DNA of 46,986 nt from Opitutales bacterium (lineage in GTDB: Bacteria > Verrucomicrobiota > Verrucomicrobiia > Opitutales > JABSRG01). Position 1 is the first letter of the stretch, and each line of letters opens with the position of its first letter. Location of the stretch: positions 1-46,986 of the forward strand of contig JBMYOQ010000029.1 in assembly GCA_049599475.1 (NCBI GenBank), read 5' to 3'. A program made the position numbers and the translations under genes. This document shows positions 36,137 through 43,612 of the stretch, piece by piece. The notes beneath the pieces are model-generated. The model saw only the letters and a list, made by a program, of their open reading frames with translations, was not told the DNA's origin and made no database searches.

Positions 36137-38053
36137 TTAGTTCATTCCCCATTTTTTCATGAATGGCCCAATGAACTCTTCGATCTGATTAAATTCTAAA
36201 AAGCGATTCTCCTCTTTTCTAAAGCCATGACCTTCATCTGCTTTCACTAGCCATTTATACTCTTTGTCATGCTTGCGCATTTCACTTCTCAAAATCTCTG
36301 CCTGCTTGATGGGAACTCGCCGATCCTTCACTCCGTGTATGATGAAAACAGGATCATCCAGTCTCTCAATGTGACTTGTTGGCGAGTATCTATCGATTTT
36401 TTCTCGGTCCTCTTTCAGATTCCCAATTCGACTCTGCCAAAATGCAAAGTTCACATCCGAAACAGTCTTCTCCTTGCGCAGCATCTCCTCCAAATCGACA
36501 ACCCCGACAACATTGATTCCAAAATTGTAGAGATCAGGGTACTGCACAAGCTGCGACATTACTGCGTAGCCACCGTAACTGCCCCCATACAGTCCAATTT
36601 TCTTTGGATCGGCATAGCCTTTATCAACGGCCCACTGCACAGCATCATACACATCCCATTGCATTTCGTCGCCCCACTTCTTATTACCAGATTTCACAAA
36701 ATCTAGCCCTCTGCCAGTGCTGCCTCTGTAGTTGACCTGCAATACAACAAAACCTCGGTTTGCGAAGAACTGAACTCGAGGATCCCATCGATATGAATCT
36801 CTAGCATTAGGCCCACCATGCGGATTAACAATCATAGGAAGGTTTTTCCTTTCCTTACCCACTGGGAAATAGAGGTACCCCTGCAGCATCAGCCCGTCGC
36901 GGGCCTCGAAGGTAAAGCTTTCTTGCGGCGACATCTCCGCGGATTCAATCCAGTTCGCCGATTTCCCCAAGGGCACAATACTCAAGGCTCCATTCTCGAT
37001 TTTGAGTAAATTATATATGGCTGGTTGATTCCCCGAATAAGAGGTGACTACAATCTTACTTTCGTCTTCGCTCATGGACGACAAAACGTTGATCGTGTCT
37101 GGAAACGTCTGGTCGAGCGCAGCCTGAATCTGTGCTTTCTCCTCATCAAACCAGATAAAATCAGGCTTATCCCTCTCAACCGTTGCTCCAATTAGAGACT
37201 TTGAACGATCTGAAAATGAAGCGCCGACTACATCATACAATTCGTCGCCTAATATTTTTTCACCAACTGTCGAGTTCTCAGGGTTGTAGCTAAACAACTG
37301 GGAAGGGCCACCGTCTACCGTCGTTGTGACATACATTTCCTTGTTGTCATAATTAAATCCCACAGGGACGACTCTCGGAGACTCAGCAGAAAACTCCTCA
37401 ATCACACGAAAATCTGAATCCTCATTTTCCCTGTATACCAAGCCCAATTTAATCGCATCCGACGTATCTGAATCGCGAGTCACACCCACTCGGACAACAC
37501 CATCATGATCCGTTACCCATCCAGTCACATTCCCTGGATTTATCAGTACCATTTTCCTGCGACCGGTTTTTACATTGAGTAAATATACATCCGGAAACTC
37601 GGAGATTCTATCATTATTCGCCACCAAGATCAGATCGTCCTGGTCCTTGAGCATATCTATGACAGCAACAAATCGCGGCAGAGCAAAATTACTGTCTCGC
37701 GGATTCAACTGAGGAACAATAGTGACCGGGTTTTTACCGTCGCGATCGACTGCAAACATTCCAAACCACTCATCGCCATCATTATCCATCCAAAACAAAA
37801 GACGCTCATTATTTGCCCATGTAAAGCGATCAATATCATTCGCCTTGATACTGGTAACGCGATTGATAGACATCGTCGCCAATTCAATAACATGGATATT
37901 ATATCGCCTTTCGTAGGGAGCCAACACCGCCAGATATTGACCATCAGGAGATAACTGAAACCCTGTAAACTCTGATTTTTTGAATAAAGTCTCTACGGGG
38001 ATCTTAGCGAGCAAAGAGCTGCAGAGAATGAAAAGAATGGGCAATAATCTCAT
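36137..38053 (-). CDS. S9C family serine peptidase (dipeptidyl aminopeptidase/acylaminoacyl peptidase-like), secreted
   Basis: HGGP, VNYRGSTG.G, GGSYGGY (Ser), HGVKDRRV (Asp), DEGHGF (His). Confidence 0.95.
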   Translation of the reverse strand: MRLLPILFILCSSLLAKIPVETLFKKSEFTGFQLSPDGQYLAVLAPYERRYNIHVIELATMSINRVTSIKANDIDRFTWANNERLLFWMDNDGDEWFGMFAVDRDGKNPVTIVPQLNPRDSNFALPRFVAVIDMLKDQDDLILVANNDRISEFPDVYLLNVKTGRRKMVLINPGNVTGWVTDHDGVVRVGVTRDSDTSDAIKLGLVYRENEDSDFRVIEEFSAESPRVVPVGFNYDNKEMYVTTTVDGGPSQLFSYNPENSTVGEKILGDELYDVVGASFSDRSKSLIGATVERDKPDFIWFDEEKAQIQAALDQTFPDTINVLSSMSEDESKIVVTSYSGNQPAIYNLLKIENGALSIVPLGKSANWIESAEMSPQESFTFEARDGLMLQGYLYFPVGKERKNLPMIVNPHGGPNARDSYRWDPRVQFFANRGFVVLQVNYRGSTGRGLDFVKSGNKKWGDEMQWDVYDAVQWAVDKGYADPKKIGLYGGSYGGYAVMSQLVQYPDLYNFGINVVGVVDLEEMLRKEKTVSDVNFAFWQSRIGNLKEDREKIDRYSPTSHIERLDDPVFIIHGVKDRRVPIKQAEILRSEMRKHDKEYKWLVKADEGHGFRKEENRFLEFNQIEEFIGPFMKKWGMN

Positions 38054-38067
38054 AACGATTCCTCTAA

Positions 38068-39324
38068 TTATTCTTTAATAAATTCATCCTGAATATATTC
38101 ACACCAGGATTCGGAAGATTCTAATAGTTCGGGATCACTTTTCCCGGCCATACGAAAAGATTCCAAGGCAGGCACGTAGTCGCCCTTACCGTATTCAGCG
38201 TAGCCGCGTAATTTAAAATACATACCTTTGTCTGCGGGCTCATCGCCGGGTCTGGTTTTTGCCAACAGGGATATCACTTCCTCATATTCCTCGTTTTCCA
38301 GCAATATTTGGCAGGCGCGTAGGCAGGCTTCGATATCTCCGAATTCCTTTACGATTAGTTTGAGCACTTCTAAACTCTCGTCAAATTCCCGTGCCGCAAA
38401 CCAGGCCTGAGATAGGAGTTCCAAATTATCAAAATTGGCCTCCACTACTTTTTCCTTAAGACCTTTAGACAATACATGTGCGCCGTCATAGGGAACCCCG
38501 CGGTAAATGAAATAGCGCCCCAAAAGCAAATATTCTTCCTCCGATTCAAGCATCCCTTCCTCGTAGGCAATGACCAAGGCAGCGAGAGCCGATGGATCTT
38601 GTTTTATCAGCTGATACAAGCTCGAAAGGTTCTTCCAGAATTCTTGATGATCCGGAAACACAGCCAGACCTCTTTGGATTGCGGCGATCGCGCTATTCAA
38701 ATCCTTCGATTGATAATGCAGTGCAACCAGGAGTGCGTACAGCTCTTTTTCAGGGGTAGAGATAACCTTAATCGCATCCTCAGTGCGAGCGATGGCATAT
38801 GGAAAATCCTCAATACTCGCGGCGATAGCAGCCCCTAAGCGGTAGGAGTCGGAATCGGGTTGAGTGACATTAAAATCTTCATTCTTCGATTCCTCATACT
38901 TTGCCTGATACATCAAAGCATTATCTAACCATTCTTTATATACATTAAACGCCTCCTGCCACTCGGATTCGCCTGCATAAAGATTTGCGATGATATATTT
39001 CATCTCCTGGGTCATGAAGTTATTCAACTTCTCCTGAGCCAGCGCAATTTTGAATGCCTCGATCGCCTCGGACTCTCGATCTAAATTCAATAAGATGAAC
39101 CCACGTGCCCGCTGGATCGCGGCAGTCTCAACCGGCACAGTCTTATAATTTGCCAGTTTATTAATACCTTCCAAAGCCTCAGCAAATTTTCCTTCAGCCG
39201 TGGCTTCCTGGATTTTTAAATACGATTTGTATATCCGGTCATTGGTGAATTGCTGCGCGTTTAGGGCACTCACCATGAATAAGCACAAGCTACAGAATAC
39301 ACCTCTAATCAATGCTATTCTCAT
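38068..39324 (-). CDS. Periplasmic tetratricopeptide repeat protein (TtpD-like)
   Basis: Start revised to ATG 39324, which gives an ATGA overlap with the tonB stop; signal peptide ..ALNA|QQ; helical TPR patterns. Confidence 0.85.
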   Translation of the reverse strand: MRIALIRGVFCSLCLFMVSALNAQQFTNDRIYKSYLKIQEATAEGKFAEALEGINKLANYKTVPVETAAIQRARGFILLNLDRESEAIEAFKIALAQEKLNNFMTQEMKYIIANLYAGESEWQEAFNVYKEWLDNALMYQAKYEESKNEDFNVTQPDSDSYRLGAAIAASIEDFPYAIARTEDAIKVISTPEKELYALLVALHYQSKDLNSAIAAIQRGLAVFPDHQEFWKNLSSLYQLIKQDPSALAALVIAYEEGMLESEEEYLLLGRYFIYRGVPYDGAHVLSKGLKEKVVEANFDNLELLSQAWFAAREFDESLEVLKLIVKEFGDIEACLRACQILLENEEYEEVISLLAKTRPGDEPADKGMYFKLRGYAEYGKGDYVPALESFRMAGKSDPELLESSESWCEYIQDEFIKE

Positions 39325-39965
39325 TTTCTTAGTACGAAGGGTACGTTGATGTCCTGGACTGACTCCACAGCGACTCCGTCCACATAACGCGGCTCCCACC
39401 TCCATCGATATACCGCCCTCTGAGCAGGCGATACAAAAATACGATCCGTAAAGCTCAATACCTCGACGTTGGTGGGCCGACCATCCACACCGATGGAGAC
39501 GCGCATCTTCACGGCGCCTTCTAAGCCATCAGCTGCTGCCTTTCTTGGATAGACAGGGTCTATCCGGCTACGAAGCATGTTGCCTGAATTGCGATCACCA
39601 CTCCCCTGTTCCTGAAGCCCAATCCCCCCCAAAGAGGCTCCGGCTCCAGAGACGTTGGGGAGGTCCAAATTCGGTATCGTAATATCGGGTGCAGGCATAT
39701 CGGGTTGTTCGACTTCCTGCATTTCCATCCGTTTGGGAGGAGGTGGCTTCTTGGGTGGTGGCGGCTCTTCAGGGCGCTTGCGCTCCTTGACCTGGACTTG
39801 GTCTTCAATCTTTAATCGCACAAAATTTATAGACTGGAGATCTGAGCCTCCATCACTCAATGCGCTGCCAGAGTTGACGAGCGTCCGCATAAATCCAAAC
39901 AGGCTCAGGCTGATCGAAAGTCCGATCGCCAAAGAAAATACCCATTTTAGTAACTGCTTTACCAT
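39321..39965 (-). CDS. tonB: Energy transducer TonB
   Basis: N-terminal TM, Pro-rich PEEPPPPKKPPPP, PVYPRKA..GLEG.V, WRWEP. Confidence 0.93.
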   Translation of the reverse strand: MVKQLLKWVFSLAIGLSISLSLFGFMRTLVNSGSALSDGGSDLQSINFVRLKIEDQVQVKERKRPEEPPPPKKPPPPKRMEMQEVEQPDMPAPDITIPNLDLPNVSGAGASLGGIGLQEQGSGDRNSGNMLRSRIDPVYPRKAAADGLEGAVKMRVSIGVDGRPTNVEVLSFTDRIFVSPAQRAVYRWRWEPRYVDGVAVESVQDINVPFVLRK

Positions 39966-39970
39966 TACAC

Positions 39971-40375
39971 TTAATTCACTGATGCGAGGGACACCTGTTG
40001 TGCCCCTGCGAGTTTAGCCTGGTCCACAATGACCACCAGGTCGTTCACTCGAGATCCTTTCTCCGCCGCCAAGATTACGGAAGCACCCGGCATTTCCGCG
40101 AGCAGCTGTTCCACATTTGGCCTTACCGCTTCTAGGGATACGGCCTTTTTGTTCACCATGATATTTCCGCCCCCCATTAGCTGAATCACAATATTACCTT
40201 TATCGCTTTTTACCGCAGCATTATTCGACGGACTCGCCACATCGAGACCACGCTCTTTTACAAACGAGGTGGTAACGATGAAGAAGATGAGCATAATGAA
40301 GACGACATCCAGCATGGGTGTGATGTCGATTTCACCCTCTTCTTTGTTCTTTTTACGTTTACGTCTGCGGGCCAT
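39971..40375 (-). CDS. exbD: Biopolymer transporter ExbD (second copy)
   Basis: IDITPMLDVVFIMLIFFIVTTSF; DQAKLAG. Confidence 0.93.
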   Translation of the reverse strand: MARRRKRKKNKEEGEIDITPMLDVVFIMLIFFIVTTSFVKERGLDVASPSNNAAVKSDKGNIVIQLMGGGNIMVNKKAVSLEAVRPNVEQLLAEMPGASVILAAEKGSRVNDLVVIVDQAKLAGAQQVSLASVN

Positions 40376-40376
40376 A

Positions 40377-40778
40377 TTATTCAGCTGCTGCGGCTATAGA
40401 AATATCAACAACGCCCGCGCGGGCAAGTTGCTGCATGACATCGATAACGACTGCGTTATCCGCGTTCTTATCAGCGACAATCACAGTCTGCCCCTCAGGG
40501 TTTTCCGCCTTCATGCGCTCAATCAAAGTCTGAACCGCGGGCATCTCTACCAGAGATTTATTCACCCACACTTCCCCGTTCTCACGCACACCGACAAGGA
40601 TGCTTCCTCGCTCCTTGAGGTAGGCCGTCTGGGCTTCAGGTCGCGACACTTCGATTCCCGTTTCCTTGACAAAGGACGTCGTGACGATGAAGAAAATCAA
40701 CATGATGAAGACCACGTCGAGCATCGGAGTAATGTCGATTTTACCTTCGTCTTCTTCCTGTCTTCTGGAGCGCCTCAT
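40377..40778 (-). CDS. exbD: Biopolymer transporter ExbD (first copy)
   Basis: IDITPMLDVVFIMLIFFIVTTSFVKE; ADKNA..VIDVM..AGV. Confidence 0.93.
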   Translation of the reverse strand: MRRSRRQEEDEGKIDITPMLDVVFIMLIFFIVTTSFVKETGIEVSRPEAQTAYLKERGSILVGVRENGEVWVNKSLVEMPAVQTLIERMKAENPEGQTVIVADKNADNAVVIDVMQQLARAGVVDISIAAAAE

Positions 40779-41302
40779 GGTCGAGCCTCAATTTCAAGAG
40801 AGTCTGAAAACTTATGGACCCTGCGGTTTACCTCCCGTTCGAGGAAATTCACGAAGAGCAGGCCCGAGAGGGATGCCACTAAGCCCGCCATAGTAGGCAG
40901 GGTAGCCTGCGTAATACCTGCGGCCATGCCTCGCGGATTGCCCGTGCCTGTAATAGTCATCACATCAAACACTAAGATCATACCGGTCACCGTGCCCATT
41001 ATCCCGAGTAAGGGACAGATCGCGACTAGAGTTCGAATAAAATTGATACGTCGTCGGAGACTGAATTTCACCTCACTGATAAAAGAATCTCGTATTCTCA
41101 AAGCCTTCCAAGACGCACGATCCATTCGCGTCTGCCACATCTCAAAGTATTTCGATTGGAGCGGTCTATCCTGAAAGACGAAATAAACCACACGCTCGAT
41201 GATCAAGATCCACATTGCCAGGAGGACCCAAAAGATCGCCAATACAACGTTTCCCCCTTTATCGAAAAACTCTTGTATGTCCTGATAAAACTCGAGCAGC
41301 AT
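40775..41302 (-). CDS. exbB: MotA/TolQ/ExbB proton channel protein
   Basis: CPLLGIMGTVTGMI..F, MAAGITQATLPTMAGL. Confidence 0.92.
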   Translation of the reverse strand: MLLEFYQDIQEFFDKGGNVVLAIFWVLLAMWILIIERVVYFVFQDRPLQSKYFEMWQTRMDRASWKALRIRDSFISEVKFSLRRRINFIRTLVAICPLLGIMGTVTGMILVFDVMTITGTGNPRGMAAGITQATLPTMAGLVASLSGLLFVNFLEREVNRRVHKFSDSLEIEARP

Positions 41303-41303
41303 C

Positions 41304-42665
41304 CTATGCGTCCTTTGATTTCTCTTCCGAAAATGAAGCGATCAATCCCGCGCCCTGCTCCTCGATCAAAGCGGTGCAGCTGTCACTGATCGATTTCAAG
41401 AATGTATGCACTAAGATTAAGGGGATCGCCGCGACCAAGCCCAACACGGTAGTGACAAGGGCCTGGGAAATACCTCCTGCCATGAGCTTTGGATCACCTG
41501 TTCCAAACAGTGTAATCGACTGGAAAGTTGCAATCATACCCGTAACCGTGCCCAGAAGCCCCAACAGAGGAGCGACCGCTGCGAAGATTTTGATGGTAGA
41601 CAGACCGCTTTCTAGGCGAGGGATCTCCTTCATAATCGCCTCATCAATCTTGAGTTCTAGTGTCTCCACGGAGACATCGGGCTTATCGTAATTATTATAA
41701 ACAGAAACAATCCGGCCTAGGGGATTATTCGTCGGCTTAGAAAGATCCTTCAGCTGCGCTTTCATCTTCACGAGACTAAATGTAAGGAACAACCAGCGGA
41801 ACAAACTGAGGATCAGCCCTACTCCCAGCAAACCCAGGATCACGTAGCCCACAGTCTTTCCCTGCTCTATCCGCTGAGACAAATCCGGTGTATTCGCAAA
41901 AGCATTGAGCATTGCGCCCTGAGACGGGTCCAAAACGATCGGAAGCATCGCTTTATCCGAGGCATTGTAGAAGTCGACAACAGGGTCCAAATAACGCCCA
42001 GCCGGCTGACGCGGGAGCATCGCGAGTTGTCCAGTCTCCGGGAGAAAATTCAAAAAACCATCTTCGTTGAATGCATTGAACACTCCCACACGGACCACCG
42101 AAGCCGTAGACTCCACGCCCTCCGCATTGACGACGCGTGCTTCGTAATTGGATACCTTTCCTGATTCAACAGTCTCACGAAGAATCTCATACCACAGCTT
42201 CTCGAGTTCCTCGATTTTCGGGAGCGCTTTGGACTCTCCGAGGTCGGCGAAAAAATCGGATCGACCGGGTATTTCTGATGCGGTCAAGCTAGTCTCAACG
42301 ATATTTTTGAACTGTCCTGAAACCTGGCGGACATTGCCGAAGATTTCATTTAAATCCCCGAGCTCTCCCGAGCGCTGCGTCTCTAGATCCGCAAGCATGA
42401 GCTCATTCTTATCGTAGGTATCCTTTAATTCAAGACTGAGCGTCTTAGCATCTTCGAGTGCCTGTTTCACTTCTTCTAGCAAAGTCTTCTGCTTCTGAAG
42501 GTTGTTCTTAAATTCCTCCAGACGCGCCTCATTTTCTTTCGAATCAATGACTGAATTTTCTTCAACGCGTTTGAGCAGATCTTCGAGAGATGCCGGATCA
42601 GCCTGCACACATGGCGAGCCCAACAAGGCCAAACACGCAACAATTCCTAATTTGTGTAAGTTCAT
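41304..42665 (-). CDS. TtpC-like protein: periplasmic coiled-coil region fused to an ExbB/MotA-like channel domain
   Basis: Signal peptide, coiled coil, VVRVGVFN, LDPSQG, APLLGLLGTVTGMI.TFQSITLFGTGDPKLMAGGISQALVTT. Confidence 0.88.
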   Translation of the reverse strand: MNLHKLGIVACLALLGSPCVQADPASLEDLLKRVEENSVIDSKENEARLEEFKNNLQKQKTLLEEVKQALEDAKTLSLELKDTYDKNELMLADLETQRSGELGDLNEIFGNVRQVSGQFKNIVETSLTASEIPGRSDFFADLGESKALPKIEELEKLWYEILRETVESGKVSNYEARVVNAEGVESTASVVRVGVFNAFNEDGFLNFLPETGQLAMLPRQPAGRYLDPVVDFYNASDKAMLPIVLDPSQGAMLNAFANTPDLSQRIEQGKTVGYVILGLLGVGLILSLFRWLFLTFSLVKMKAQLKDLSKPTNNPLGRIVSVYNNYDKPDVSVETLELKIDEAIMKEIPRLESGLSTIKIFAAVAPLLGLLGTVTGMIATFQSITLFGTGDPKLMAGGISQALVTTVLGLVAAIPLILVHTFLKSISDSCTALIEEQGAGLIASFSEEKSKDA

Positions 42666-42676
42666 ATGCGTATAAA

Positions 42677-43510
42677 TTAATTGCTGACGGGAAGGATCAA
42701 AAGGTCCACGGGGATTTCCTTACGCGCTATTTTGAAAGCCCGCTTGATACTGAGCCCAAGCGCAGGGTCCTCCACTTCGGCCCATGCTGATTTCTCGGCA
42801 TCCCAAAGCGAAATCGTCGAACCATCGAGCGTTGATAAGAAAAAGGCCACTCGGCCAATACGTAAAAATTCGACAGTGGTATCGACACCGTTGATCTCGG
42901 CCTGCCCTTTGTAGGCCTCAATATTGCGCGAGTAGCTATTCTCTTCGAGATAAGCATCCATCACGTTTCTAAATTTCTCAGCGATTGTAATATCGCCGCG
43001 ATCCATTAAAGTTGCTAGAGTCTCAACGCGTTCAGTGCGCTCTTCGGCAAGGAACGGCGTGTCCTTTTCGACAAATTGGTCGAGCGCCTCGATCATTTTA
43101 AGTAAGAGAGGAATGATCTGCCTCTGAGTGTTTTGGAGATTTGCCAAATCTGTCTCCAATATTGCGATCTCTTCTTCTTGAGAAGATACCACTCGCTTCA
43201 TTTGAGCGTTGTAAGCATTGACCGTCTCTAATTCTCGAAGAACGGTTTTGTATTGGGATTCCAAGTCTACGGTAGTGTCCGCGATGGAATTAATCTCTTC
43301 CTGGATTTCCGCGGCTTTCTTTTCGCGGGATGCTACATTTTCCACGGCATCAACAATCGGTTTAGGCGATTTTGGCGCGACCGGTGGTTTAGTGGATTCA
43401 GGAGCTGTTGGCGGCTCAGGTGCTTTGGGAGCATCCTGTGCTGTAATTTGAGGAAGCGTTCCAACAATTCCAATTACGGTCAGGAGAGATAGATAGGTTC
43501 GAGATTTCAT
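42677..43510 (-). CDS. DUF3450 (TtpB-like) periplasmic coiled-coil protein
   Basis: PLLLKMI..L.QFVE.D.PF..ER..R, EKFR.V..AY..E..Y, FLRIGRV, DLLILPV; Pro-rich N-terminal linker. Confidence 0.88.
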   Translation of the reverse strand: MKSRTYLSLLTVIGIVGTLPQITAQDAPKAPEPPTAPESTKPPVAPKSPKPIVDAVENVASREKKAAEIQEEINSIADTTVDLESQYKTVLRELETVNAYNAQMKRVVSSQEEEIAILETDLANLQNTQRQIIPLLLKMIEALDQFVEKDTPFLAEERTERVETLATLMDRGDITIAEKFRNVMDAYLEENSYSRNIEAYKGQAEINGVDTTVEFLRIGRVAFFLSTLDGSTISLWDAEKSAWAEVEDPALGLSIKRAFKIARKEIPVDLLILPVSN

Positions 43511-43539
43511 TTCATGGTTTCGCCCACATTGGGCCAGTT

Positions 43540-43590
43540 AAAAAAGGAAAATGGGTTGGTGGCCAAATTTTTGACACACCAACCCAAAAT
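43540..43590 (-). terminator. Intrinsic terminator/attenuator between the receptor and the energiser genes
   Basis: TGGGTTGGTG (43552-43561) pairs with CACCAACCCA (43577-43586); on the minus strand the stem is followed by TTTTCCTTTTTT. Confidence 0.75.
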
Positions 43591-43612
43591 GAATCAGAAT
43601 CCGAAGATCAGA

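Noticed and set aside
39325..39405. N-terminal extension of the TPR protein
   Set aside because: It lies inside tonB; ATG 39324 gives an ATGA overlap and a clean signal peptide.
40269..41174. 301-aa plus-strand ORF
   Set aside because: Antisense shadow of exbB/exbD with no recognisable motifs.
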